From: Vicinamibacterales bacterium
GTDB lineage: Bacteria; Acidobacteriota; Vicinamibacteria; Vicinamibacterales; SCN-69-37
Assembly (NCBI GenBank): GCA_038918905.1
Contig: JBCKZS010000011.1
Span: forward strand, 1,062 to 65,061
Direction: 5' to 3'
DNA: 64,000 nucleotides
Positions within the stretch are counted from its first letter, which is position 1, and each line of letters begins with the position of its first letter. The position numbers were made by a program, and so were the translations under genes. Of this stretch, positions 26,114 through 34,948 are shown piece by piece. The notes under the pieces are model-generated. The model saw nothing but the letters and a program-made list of their open reading frames with translations. It searched no databases and was not told the DNA's origin.

Positions 26114-26769
26114 GCCAATCACCACGAACGTGGAAGCGACGCGCGCGCGGCCTGTGGCAGGTCGCCGGCGTGACGGCGATCGCCGCCAGCATGGCCTGCA
26201 CGGCTGATGGGCGGCCGGGACAGGCGAACAGTTTCCTGATGGTCGACACCCTGCTGGCGGCCTCCGGCGCCCGCCCCACTGCTTTCGGCGGCACCCTGCC
26301 GTCCGACGTGCAGACGTACGTGAGCGCGACCGTCAACGGCCAGCAGGTGCGTGTCCCCAGGGTCTTCGAGGACCTCGCGCAGGTCACGTTCCGCCTGGCG
26401 ATGAAAAGTCCCGGGTCGCCGACACAGCCGGCCGCACCCGCGACGGTGAACTTCATCACGGTGCGCGGGTATCGCGTGACCTTCCGCCGCAGCGACGGCC
26501 GCAACACGCCGGGCGTGGACGTGCCGTACACCTTCGACGGCGCGCTCACGCTGACCGTGCGCGCGGAACCGGCCAGCGCCACGTTCGTGCTCGTCCGGAT
26601 GCAGGCCAAGGAAGAAGCGCCGTTGCGCGCGCTCGTCGGCCGCGGCGGCGCCATCGCCATTTCCACACTGGCGGAGATCACGTTTTTTGGCGCCGACCAG
26701 GCGGGCAGGGACGTGATCGTCACGGCCCAGATCAGCGTCAACTTTGCGGATTGGGGAGATCCGGAGTGA
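26110..26769 (+). CDS. hypothetical lipoprotein co-transcribed with pilQ
   Basis: 219 aa. The signal ends in AIAASMAC. ATGA overlap with the pilQ stop. No family recognised. Confidence 0.55.
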   Translation: MSQSPRTWKRRARGLWQVAGVTAIAASMACTADGRPGQANSFLMVDTLLAASGARPTAFGGTLPSDVQTYVSATVNGQQVRVPRVFEDLAQVTFRLAMKSPGSPTQPAAPATVNFITVRGYRVTFRRSDGRNTPGVDVPYTFDGALTLTVRAEPASATFVLVRMQAKEEAPLRALVGRGGAIAISTLAEITFFGADQAGRDVIVTAQISVNFADWGDPE

Positions 26770-27803
26770 TGAGGCCCATGACACCGAAGATCTGTGGCGC
26801 GGTGGTGTTCGGATGTGTCGTGTGTGTCGGTGCCGCGTGCGCGGTCGATCCGGTCGAGCGCCTGCTGCCCACCGGCCCCTCCGAGTTCGGCGTGTCGCTG
26901 GCCCTCTCGGCGACGCCCGACGTCCTCGTCCTCAGGCCGGACGGCGGGTCGACCGCCACGGTGGCCGCTGTGGCGCGTGACGCCGCGGGGGTGCCGCGCC
27001 CGGGTGTGACCGTGCGGTTCGAGACGCTGGTCGGCCACCTCAGAGTCGATTGCGGCATGTTGTCGGGCGGCACCGTGTCGACTGGCAGCGATGGGCGCGC
27101 GGCGGTGATCTACGTGGCCCCCGGCGCGCCGTGCCTGCCGGGCGGCGGGGACACCACCGTGACGATTCGCGCGACGATGGTGGGCGCCAACTACGCGAAC
27201 AGTCTGCCGCGCACCGTCGAAATCCTCCTGGTGCGGTCCGGCGTCATCCTGCCGCCGAACAGTCCGCCACGGCCCAGCTTCTTTGTCTCGCCCTCAACGG
27301 GCCGCGAAGACGAGCCGCTGCTCTTCGACGGGTCCGCGTCACGGGACGACGACGGCCAGATCGTGTCCTACCTCTGGCACTTTGGCGACGGCGCGATCGG
27401 GTCGGGCCAGAAGCGCCAGCACACCTACATCCTCGCAGGCGCCTATCAGGTCACGTTGACCGTGACCGACGATCGGGGGCTCAACGTGACGTCCGCCCCC
27501 ACGCCGGTCACAATCGTCGCCGCGGCCAATCCGGTGGCCGCGTTCACGATTTCGCCGACCGACCCCAGGGTCGGCACGTCCATCGTGTTCAACGCCGGGC
27601 CGTCGACCGTGCCGACCGGACGCACGCTGGTGGGCTTCGATTGGGACTTTGGCGACGGCAACCAGAAGTCTGGCATCACCGCCACACACACCTACAATCG
27701 TGTTGGCACCTTCACCGTCGTCCTGACAGTCACCGACAACACCGGTCGCAAGTCGGTGGCCTCCCGGACCGTGACAGTGCTGCCGGGGGCGACGCACCCT
27801 TGA
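26769..27803 (+). CDS. secreted Big_1-like plus 2 x PKD domain protein
   Basis: Cys-rich signal region, an invasin-like Ig segment (RPDGGSTATVAAVARDAAG) and two PKD units (WHFGDG...YQVTLTVTDDRG and WDFGDG...FTVVLTVTDNTG). TGATG overlap with the upstream gene. Confidence 0.8.
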   Translation: MRPMTPKICGAVVFGCVVCVGAACAVDPVERLLPTGPSEFGVSLALSATPDVLVLRPDGGSTATVAAVARDAAGVPRPGVTVRFETLVGHLRVDCGMLSGGTVSTGSDGRAAVIYVAPGAPCLPGGGDTTVTIRATMVGANYANSLPRTVEILLVRSGVILPPNSPPRPSFFVSPSTGREDEPLLFDGSASRDDDGQIVSYLWHFGDGAIGSGQKRQHTYILAGAYQVTLTVTDDRGLNVTSAPTPVTIVAAANPVAAFTISPTDPRVGTSIVFNAGPSTVPTGRTLVGFDWDFGDGNQKSGITATHTYNRVGTFTVVLTVTDNTGRKSVASRTVTVLPGATHP

Positions 27804-27832
27804 GCGCGCGAGGGGGAGATGGAGGGCATTCA

Positions 27833-28348
27833 ATGAACGCCGAACAACGACGCCGGGCGGGGGACTTCACGGGCGCGATCGACTTGTGCCGGGACGCGCT
27901 GGCGCGATTCCCGGAACACCTGTCGGCCCGGGTCACCCTGGGGTTGGCGCTGATGGATTTGGGGCGGGCGGCAGAGGCCCGTTCGGAGTTCGAGGCGGTG
28001 CGCAGGCTCGCGCCCGACAACATGGCCGCGTTGCGTGGCCTGGCACAGTTGCACGGGCAGTTCGACTCGTATGACGACCTTCATGTTGAGCCGGACCTTT
28101 CGGCACCGGACCCAGCGGACCCGGTGGTGGAGGTCCACGTGGCGGAGGTCCGCGAGGTCCATGTGGCGGAGGCCGACGTGGCGGAGCCCGCGCCGGTGGT
28201 GCGCAACCTCGAGTGCTGGCTGGAGGTGGTCGAGGACGCCGGTGTTCGCCGAGCGCGACACGATCGTTATGTGCGCAACCTCGAGTGCTGGCTGGAGGTG
28301 GTCGAGGCGCGCCGGACGGTTCTGACAGAATGCTCGGCGAGTGACTGA
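27833..28348 (+). CDS. TPR protein with duplicated VRNLECWLEVVE C-terminal motif
   Basis: 171 aa with two or three TPR-like helices and no signal peptide. SD GGGGGAG lies upstream. Confidence 0.6.
   Translation: MNAEQRRRAGDFTGAIDLCRDALARFPEHLSARVTLGLALMDLGRAAEARSEFEAVRRLAPDNMAALRGLAQLHGQFDSYDDLHVEPDLSAPDPADPVVEVHVAEVREVHVAEADVAEPAPVVRNLECWLEVVEDAGVRRARHDRYVRNLECWLEVVEARRTVLTECSASD
28199..28307. repeat. perfect 37-bp direct repeat (28199-28235 and 28271-28307) inside the TPR gene
   Basis: gtgcgcaacctcgagtgctggctggaggtggtcgagg occurs twice with a 72-bp period. Confidence 0.9.
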
Positions 28349-29214
28349 CCCGCCCCATCCCGACTGGTCCGCCAGACTGGCGACGCTCCGCCGCCGCTGG
28401 CAGGACCAACGCTGCGACGCCTGCGTCATCAATTCGCTGACCAACATCTTTTACCTGTGCGGCGTGCGCGCGAGCGCCGGCCTTCTCGTCCAGAGCCACG
28501 ACGCCAGTGACCTGTTGCTCGACGGCCGGTACACGACCGCCGTGCTCGCCGATCGGGCCACCGGTCGCGCCGGCCCCGTGACCGTGCAACGGGTCGACGG
28601 TTCGTAGGACACGGCACTGGCAGCCCTCCTTGTTCGCATCGGCGCTCGCCGTGTGGTGTTCGAGCCCGAGCACACGACCGTGTCGACGCTGGCGACGTGG
28701 CAGGGGATGTATCCCGCCGACTGGCATGGGGCCGGGCATCTGGTGGAACCGATGCGCCTCGTGAAGGATGCCTGGGAATTGGCGGTCTTTCGGCGAGCCG
28801 GGGCAGCACTCGGCGATGTGGCCGCCGGTCTGGGGGCGTGGGTCGCCGCCGGCCGTACCGAACGCGACATTGCCGCCGACATCAACCGCGCCATCCTCCG
28901 GGCCGGTTTCTCCCGCCCGGCCTTCGACACCATCGTCGCCGCCGGTCCCCACAGCGCCCATCCGCACGCGCGGCCGACCGACCGGCGCCTCGAATCGGGG
29001 ACCTGGTGGTGCTGGACTTCGGCGGGGTGTTAGACGGATACTGCGTCGACCTCACCCGGATGGCCGCGGTTGGCCAGGTGGAGAAGGACTTGGCGAGGCT
29101 TTTGTCCATGGAACCGGCCACGGACTCGGGTTGGAGGTGCACGAAGCCCCCCGGCTCTCCCGCCTCAGCGGGCCTGATGAAGTGCTGGGGACCGGCATAG
29201 TCCGCACCTTCTGA
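28341..29214 (+). pseudogene. pepP: decayed Xaa-Pro aminopeptidase (M24B, pepP-like)
   Basis: The homology runs through an in-frame TAG at 28605-28607, where a Tyr codon is expected. There is a -1 shift in a G run near 28995 (ESG|DLVVLDFGG). About 50 aa are missing between AAVGQV and GEAFVHGTGHGLGLEVHE. The C-terminus is truncated at GIVRTF. Confidence 0.8.
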
Positions 29215-29234
29215 CCATCTGACCATCTGACCTT
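29211..29234. repeat. 3 x 8-bp tandem repeat CTGACCWT abutting the accB ATG
   Basis: The units ctgaccat, ctgaccat and ctgacctt are followed directly by ATG at 29235. Confidence 0.9.
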
Positions 29235-29720
29235 ATGAATCTCGACGACATCAAAAATCTGCTGGAACTGGTTCGCGAGCACGACCTCGCGGAATTCGAG
29301 CTGGAGCAGGACGGCTTCAAAATGCGGGTCCGCAAGGCCGGCGCGGACGTCGTGGTGACGACGCCTGTGCCGGTGACGACCCATAGCGCAGCCCCGGGGC
29401 TGCCGGCGATGACTCCGGTCGCGGTCCCGCCGGCCACGCCGGCGCCCGTCGCACCCGAGCCGATCAACGAGGGCGTGCCGCTGGCGGTGGTCAAGGCGCC
29501 GATCGTCGGCACCCTGTACCGATCGGGCGAACCCGGCGCGAAGCCGCTTGCCGAGGTTGGCACCGTCGTGAAGAAGGGGCAGGTGCTCTGCATCATCGAA
29601 GCGATGAAGCTGATGAACGGGATCGAATCGGAGTGCGACGGCGAAGTCGCGGCGGTGTACGTGGAGAACGGTCAACCGGTGCAGTTTGGCGACCGCCTGT
29701 TTGCCATCAAGGTGAAGTAG
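29235..29720 (+). CDS. accB: biotin carboxyl carrier protein of acetyl-CoA carboxylase
   Basis: EAMKLMN biotinyl-lysine motif and a Pro/Ala linker. Confidence 0.95.
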   Translation: MNLDDIKNLLELVREHDLAEFELEQDGFKMRVRKAGADVVVTTPVPVTTHSAAPGLPAMTPVAVPPATPAPVAPEPINEGVPLAVVKAPIVGTLYRSGEPGAKPLAEVGTVVKKGQVLCIIEAMKLMNGIESECDGEVAAVYVENGQPVQFGDRLFAIKVK

Positions 29721-29723
29721 GCC

Positions 29724-31100
29724 GTGTTCAACAAGATCCTGATCGCGAACCGTGGCGAGATCGCGCTGCGCGTCATCTACGCGTGCCGCGAGATGGGCAT
29801 CAAGACGGTGGCGGTGTATTCGGAGGCCGACGAACACTCGCTGCACGTGCGCTTTGCCGACGAAGACGTGTGCATCGGCCCGGCGCGCAGCGCCGACAGC
29901 TACCTGAGCGTGCCCGCGATCATCAGCGCCGCGGAGATCACGGGCGCCGACGCGATCCATCCCGGCTACGGGTTTCTCTCTGAGAGTGCGTACCTGGCGG
30001 AAGTCTGCGAGGCGTGCCACATCAAGTTCATCGGGCCGGACCCCAACGTCATCCGGCTGCTCGGAGACAAGGCGCGCGCGCGCCGGGCGATGAAGAAGGC
30101 CGGCGTCCCGATTCTGCCTGGCAGCGACGGGCCGGTCGCCGGCGAAGAGCAGGCCGTCAAAGTGGCGAAGGAACTCGGGTTCCCGCTGATCGTCAAGGCG
30201 GTGGCCGGCGGCGGCGGCCGCGGCATGCGCATCGTCCGGAACGTCGAAGAGTTGCCGGGCCTGATGAAGACCGCGATGCGCGAAGCGGAAGCGGCGTTCG
30301 GGCTGGGGGATGTGTACTTCGAGCGGTATGTGGAGTCGCCGCGCCACATCGAGATTCAGGTGATGGGCGACCACCACGGCAACGTGGTGCACCTGGGCGA
30401 GCGCGAGTGTTCCATCCAGCGCCGGCACCAGAAGCTCATCGAGGAAGCGCCGTCGGCGGCGCTCACCGAGAAACAGCGCCGTAAGTTAGGCGCGATCGTC
30501 GTCGAGGCGGCGCGCGCGGTGCAATACAGCAACGCCGGCACGTTCGAGTTCCTGCTCGATGACACGGGGAACTTCTACTTCCTCGAGGTCAACACGCGTC
30601 TGCAGGTCGAACATCCGGTCACCGAGTTCATCACCGGCATCGACATCGTCAAGGAACAGATTCGGGTGGCCGCGGGCCAGAAATTGTCGATGCGGCAGAG
30701 CGACATCGAGTTCCGCGGGCATGCGCTTGAGTGCCGCGTGAACGCCGAGGACCCGGACACGTTTGCGCCCAGCCCGGGTCTCATCACGGCGTACAGCGTG
30801 CCGGGCGGCCCTGGGGTGCGCGTGGATTCGTTCGTGCACTCCGACTGCCTGGTGTCGCCGTATTACGACTCGCTCATCGCGAAGGTCATCACCTACGGCC
30901 GCGATCGGCAGGAAGCCATCGCCCGGATGCGGCGCACACTTGAGATGACCGTCGTGGAAGGCATCAAGACGTCGATCCCGCTGCACCTCAGGATTCTCAA
31001 CGACCCCGACTTCCAGGCGGCGCGCATCAACACGAGCTTCATGGAGCGCTTCATGCCCGACAAGGCCGCGGGCAGGAGCGCGCTCGCCGAAAGCGCGTAA
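29724..31100 (+). CDS. accC: biotin carboxylase
   Basis: [20 protein letters not shown] and [14 protein letters not shown] motifs. GTG start. Confidence 0.95.
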   Translation: MFNKILIANRGEIALRVIYACREMGIKTVAVYSEADEHSLHVRFADEDVCIGPARSADSYLSVPAIISAAEITGADAIHPGYGFLSESAYLAEVCEACHIKFIGPDPNVIRLLGDKARARRAMKKAGVPILPGSDGPVAGEEQAVKVAKELGFPLIVKAVAGGGGRGMRIVRNVEELPGLMKTAMREAEAAFGLGDVYFERYVESPRHIEIQVMGDHHGNVVHLGERECSIQRRHQKLIEEAPSAALTEKQRRKLGAIVVEAARAVQYSNAGTFEFLLDDTGNFYFLEVNTRLQVEHPVTEFITGIDIVKEQIRVAAGQKLSMRQSDIEFRGHALECRVNAEDPDTFAPSPGLITAYSVPGGPGVRVDSFVHSDCLVSPYYDSLIAKVITYGRDRQEAIARMRRTLEMTVVEGIKTSIPLHLRILNDPDFQAARINTSFMERFMPDKAAGRSALAESA

Positions 31101-31106
31101 CCGCCC

Positions 31107-31772
31107 GTGCGTCCCGCGCTGGTGCTTCCGGCCCTCTACGCCATTCTCGATGTCGACGTGGTCACCGCCCGCGGGTGGGCACCAACGAACGTGTGCCGCG
31201 CCTGGCTGTCCGCTGGCGTGCGCCTCATTCAGCTCCGAGCCAAGTCGTTGTCCTCAGGAGCGTTCCTTGCGTTGGCCGACGAGGTGAGCGGTCTCTGCCG
31301 TGCCGCCGGGGCGCGCCTCATCGTCAACGACCGCGCGGACGTGGCCGTGATGTGCGGCGCCGACGGCGTCCATGTGGGGCAGGATGATCTGTCACCGGAG
31401 GACGCCCGGCGCGTCGTGGGACCGGACGCGATCGTCGGCCTGTCGACCCACACCGATGCGCAACTGGAGGCTGCCGCGGAGACGCCCGTGTCGTATCTGG
31501 CGATTGGGCCCGTCTACGGCACGCGCACGAAGGAGACTGGCGACGTCGCGGTCGGACTGGAACAGATCGCGCGGGCGAAGGTGGTGGCCCGCCGTGCAGG
31601 CGTTCCGCTCGTCGCCATTGGTGGCATCACACTTGAGCGCGCGCCGGCAGTTCTCGCGGCCGGTGCGGACTCACTGGCGGTGATTACGAACCTGCTGGAG
31701 GCTGGCGACCTCCGCGAGGTGGAAGAGCGGGCTCGCGCGTGGATGCGGGTCTCACCACCGTCTCCTGATTGA
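31107..31772 (+). CDS. thiE: thiamine-phosphate synthase
   Basis: LYAILD, IQLRAK, IVNDRADVA, GQDD, YLAIGPVYGT and AIGGI motifs. Confidence 0.85.
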   Translation: MRPALVLPALYAILDVDVVTARGWAPTNVCRAWLSAGVRLIQLRAKSLSSGAFLALADEVSGLCRAAGARLIVNDRADVAVMCGADGVHVGQDDLSPEDARRVVGPDAIVGLSTHTDAQLEAAAETPVSYLAIGPVYGTRTKETGDVAVGLEQIARAKVVARRAGVPLVAIGGITLERAPAVLAAGADSLAVITNLLEAGDLREVEERARAWMRVSPPSPD

Positions 31773-31798
31773 GCCCGATTGAAGGCGATTGAGCCCGA
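31767..31798. repeat. 10-bp periodic repeat GATTGAGCCC / GATTGAAGGC / GATTGAGCCC spanning the thiE stop
   Basis: Read directly from the sequence. A related copy, GATTGAGCCCG, lies at 33090-33100. Confidence 0.8.
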
Positions 31799-31860
31799 CC
31801 TGTTTGGGCCAACGGCTGCCGCGGCTTGTGAGGCCTCTCGCCGGACCGTCTGATAACCCC

Positions 31861-32175
31861 ATGGCCATGCAACTCACCGCCGTGTTTCGCAAGGTTCCGG
31901 AAGGATATATTGGGTTCGCCGAGGAGCTCCCTGGTGCCAATACCCAGGGCGCCACACTCGACGAGGCTCGAGAAAACCTTCGGGAAGCCATCACCCTTGT
32001 CCTGGAAGCAAACCGCGAATTGAGCGAGGAGACGTCACGTGGTCGCGAGGTCATCCGCGAACCGATCAAGGTCGGTACGACGCCGGGGACTCGAGCGTCG
32101 CTGGTCGCTATTCGAGCGGAATGCGTCCCTTGTTCTGCGCGAGCCATACGTCGAACGTTTGAAGCGAAGGATTGA
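31861..32175 (+). CDS. hicB: HicB-family antitoxin-like protein (no HicA partner seen)
   Basis: AVFRKVPEGYIGFAEELPGANTQGATLDEARENLREAI matches the UPF0150/HicB N-domain pattern. The 3' tail overlaps the convergent nmrA-like gene. Confidence 0.55.
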   Translation: MAMQLTAVFRKVPEGYIGFAEELPGANTQGATLDEARENLREAITLVLEANRELSEETSRGREVIREPIKVGTTPGTRASLVAIRAECVPCSARAIRRTFEAKD

Positions 32176-33058
32176 GGGCACGGGCGATGTCGGGGTTGCG
32201 CGCGCCACAGAACGCCTGCGCAAAGTCGCGATTGAACTGGAACATATTGCCGAGGTCCTCGGCCCCAGGGAACCCGAAGCCGCGGTATACCTCGGGGGGC
32301 ACCGCGTGGTACGTCACGTCCTTGCCAAGGGCTCGCTTGAGCGCGGAGGCCATCTGCGCGCCCGTCAGATGTTCTCCGGCGATGCCGACCGTTGTGCCGA
32401 TGTACTCGCTGCCCTTCTTGAAGATCCCGTACGCACACTTGCCGATGTCCTCTGAGGCAATGCCCGGCAACTTTTCGTCCCCCATTGGGAACGTGATCGC
32501 CAGCGTGCCGTCCGGGCCCTTCTTGGGGCCCATCCCGAAGTAGATCAAGTTCTCCCAGTAGAACGAGGTCAGCAGGAACGTCGTCGGCACTCCCAGCTGC
32601 GTGAATACGGCGTTGGCCTCGCCTTTGGAATCGAAGTGAGGGACCTTGTACTTGCCCAGTAACGTCGGCATGCGGTTGTCGCTGAGCGGGATCGATTTGC
32701 GCGTGTCTTCGAGCGTGGACCAGATGACATGCTCGACGCCGGCGTGCTTCGCGGCCTGTGCCATCGCGCGTGCCTCGACCATCTCTTTCTCGGGCGAAAA
32801 GTGCGCCCAGAAGAACGTCACGCAATAGGCCCCGTGGGCGCCTGCGAACGCGCGCTTCAGGCTCTCGACATCGTCAACGTCAGCCGTCACGATTTCGGCA
32901 CCCAGCGCAGCAAGCGCTCTCGCTTTATCGGAATTGACATCCCTCGTCAACGCGCGGACCTTGAATGGGCCGTTCCTGTCGTTCAAGATGGCGCGGACCA
33001 ATCCGCCACCCTGGGCGCCGGTTGCACCTACCACTGAAATAACTTTCTTGTCACCCAT
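32108..33058 (-). CDS. NmrA-family NAD(P)-binding protein
   Basis: VVGATGAQGGGLVRAIL Rossmann motif. 316 aa. NmrA/HSCARG-like throughout. Confidence 0.85.
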   Translation of the reverse strand: MGDKKVISVVGATGAQGGGLVRAILNDRNGPFKVRALTRDVNSDKARALAALGAEIVTADVDDVESLKRAFAGAHGAYCVTFFWAHFSPEKEMVEARAMAQAAKHAGVEHVIWSTLEDTRKSIPLSDNRMPTLLGKYKVPHFDSKGEANAVFTQLGVPTTFLLTSFYWENLIYFGMGPKKGPDGTLAITFPMGDEKLPGIASEDIGKCAYGIFKKGSEYIGTTVGIAGEHLTGAQMASALKRALGKDVTYHAVPPEVYRGFGFPGAEDLGNMFQFNRDFAQAFCGARNPDIARALNPSLQTFDVWLAQNKGRIPLE

Positions 33059-33128
33059 CGCGGTTGCTCCTTATCTGGGACCGAGTGAAGATTGAGCCCG
33101 CCAACGCTACGTTTCAGCCGCGGCCGCC

Positions 33129-33407
33129 TCAGCGGGCTTTGGACGACCGGCGCGCGGCCGCCGGCTGCAAACGTTTGTGAGCCAGCTTGCTACGACGAAC
33201 CCGCTCTGATTGGAGATACGCACGAAGGGCCCGATTCACACTCGAGCCCGACGGGAATGCTTCTGCCACATCCGGGTCGAGCAGCACGAGCGTCGTACCG
33301 GCGGTGGCACGCTCGTAGTACTTTCCCCGCACGCGGCCCGTGAGCGTGGCGAGGTCATACTCGGGCCGCAGTTCGTCAACGTGATTTGCGAGACTCTTGG
33401 TAGCCAT
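33129..33407 (-). CDS. brnA: BrnA-like antitoxin
   Basis: EYDLATLTGRVRGKYYERATAGTTLVLLDPDVAEAFP pattern typical of BrnT partners. It overlaps the brnT 3' end. Confidence 0.65.
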   Translation of the reverse strand: MATKSLANHVDELRPEYDLATLTGRVRGKYYERATAGTTLVLLDPDVAEAFPSGSSVNRALRAYLQSERVRRSKLAHKRLQPAAARRSSKAR

Positions 33408-33663
33408 GGCTCTCCGTCTTGGTCGCCGACCGCGCCCTGATAATCCGAACGTGATCCTCACCGTGGTCTGCGTGCGCGAGAAACAACACACGCTGCTTGT
33501 TCGACGTCCCGATCGTAATGAACCGCTCTTCGTCGACCGAGTGGCTGGGATCGTCGAACGTCAACGCAAGCGGATCCGTGAAGACCGACGCCGCTTCGTC
33601 AAACGAGACCCGGTGCTTCCTGAGGTTCGCTTGGGCCTTCTTCGGATCCCACTCGTAGAGCAC
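33376..33663 (-). CDS. brnT: BrnT ribonuclease toxin (DUF497)
   Basis: YEWDPKKAQANLRKHRVSFDEA and ERFITIG motifs. GTG start. Confidence 0.85.
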   Translation of the reverse strand: MLYEWDPKKAQANLRKHRVSFDEAASVFTDPLALTFDDPSHSVDEERFITIGTSNKQRVLFLAHADHGEDHVRIIRARSATKTESHGYQESRKSR

Positions 33664-33669
33664 GGTCCG

Positions 33670-33675
33670 ATTCTA
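33670..33675 (-). promoter_or_regulatory. TAGAAT box 6 nt upstream of the brnT GTG (leaderless candidate)
   Basis: The minus strand reads TAGAATcggaccGTG. Confidence 0.3.
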
Positions 33676-33812
33676 CGCCCGGACAGTAATCTTTCGCCCC
33701 GATCCATAGTGGCGCTCGACCAAGCGGGCAACGTTGCGGCTCACCGGCGGCCGCTCACGGTTCTTGACGCGCGGCCGTCCGGTGCAGCCGCGTGTTATGC
33801 CGTTCGGTGCAT

Positions 33813-34073
33813 TTATGGCAGAGGGTCAAGGCGGTTGAGCGGCTCCAATTTGGTCGCGCGACCCCACAGGACTTGAAGTTCCTGCTGGTGAAGCGTCGCC
33901 CATTCCGCCACGAGTCCCATCGCGCGCGGCGGCAGGTCGCCGGACAACACCCCCAAGTTGTTGATCGCGATCCGGGCTTCGTGTTCCGCGTACTCCGCGT
34001 GAAAATGTGGGGGAGCGTGGTCGGCGAAATACATCTTGATGACGATGCCGTAGAAGCGGCAAATCTCAGGCAT
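33813..34073 (-). CDS. DUF4160 domain protein
   Basis: ICRFYGIVIKMYFADHAPPHFHAEY signature. 86 aa. Confidence 0.8.
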   Translation of the reverse strand: MPEICRFYGIVIKMYFADHAPPHFHAEYAEHEARIAINNLGVLSGDLPPRAMGLVAEWATLHQQELQVLWGRATKLEPLNRLDPLP

Positions 34074-34350
34074 CGGCCGAAACCACCCTGATGTCCGGGA
34101 GCACCTCCTCCACGGACTTTCCCGTCAGTCGCATGTACATCGCGTCTGGGCAGAGGTCAAGGTCGGCCGACCATTCGATGGCACCGTGAGATCCGAGGTG
34201 AACGGCGTTGAAGAACGCCGCATCGCTCCACGCTTCGAATACACCGTGCCCCGCCAGGTCGGAGAGATCGACTTCTCCCTCGATCCCGTCGTCGTACCGC
34301 AGCCAGATGCGGTGGCCTGATAGCGCCTTGACGTCAACTGGTTTCGGCAT
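34066..34350 (-). CDS. DUF2442 domain protein
   Basis: ALSGHRIWLRYDDGIEGEVDLS and AIEWSADLDLCPD patterns. 8-bp overlap with the DUF4160 gene. The start is taken at MPKPVD, with a GGGAG SD. Confidence 0.8.
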   Translation of the reverse strand: MPKPVDVKALSGHRIWLRYDDGIEGEVDLSDLAGHGVFEAWSDAAFFNAVHLGSHGAIEWSADLDLCPDAMYMRLTGKSVEEVLPDIRVVSADA

Positions 34351-34948
34351 GGTCAACACTCCCTTCACACCCCAGAGAATACCTCGATGTGCCCCGAAAA
34401 CCGCTCGATGGGAAATCCCGATCGACCACCGTCCTGTCGGCATAACAACAAGTATTCACCTGCAAGCCCCGGCCATATCCCTGCGAAATCTCGCGGCATA
34501 AGACCCCAGGCGCGCGACTCAGGAACCGCCGGAACGTGTTGAACGCGCGAATCGTAGCACAGAACGCCCAGCGGAGGAGCCGGAAAACCCTGCGAAATTC
34601 CGCAGCAGAACGCCGGACGGCTTCGCTGCACAACACCAGACGACTCTGGAGGCCGGACCACGGGAACCCAGAGCGGCGCCGGGGTGCGGAGGGTCTTGAT
34701 GACGGTCCTCCAGAACTCCACCCCTCGTTCGGGCATGCGCTCACGCGCGGGTCGGCAGTCGCTTGTGGCCGGTCCGGTGCACCATCGAATCGGAACCCGC
34801 GGTAGACTTGAGCCTCGAGTCAGCGCATCCTTCGATGGGGATGCCAGATGGTGCTGCGCCGTGACACATGCTGATGATCTGAGTCGGTATCCGCTACAAG
34901 CGCCTCGTCGTGGGTGTGGTCAGGTTCAGGTATTCCTGTCTCCTTGTA

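Noticed and set aside
32070-32175. The C-terminal tail of the HicB-like ORF (TRASLVAIRAECVPCSARA) might be a fused HicA toxin remnant.
   Set aside because: There is only a vague resemblance to the HicA K/RxxLIxxLExxG pattern. No GSH motif is present, and the region is also the 3' end of the convergent nmrA-like gene. The evidence is insufficient.
34480-34615. The two 34.4-34.6-kb copies of the ATTTCGCAGG-associated sequence might be sigma54 promoters like the one at 62245.
   Set aside because: Their GG and GC dinucleotides are one nucleotide closer than the strict -24/-12 spacing, and the -24 box is poor (GGTCTT and GGCGTT against GGCACG). They are kept only as copies of the shared 10-mer motif.
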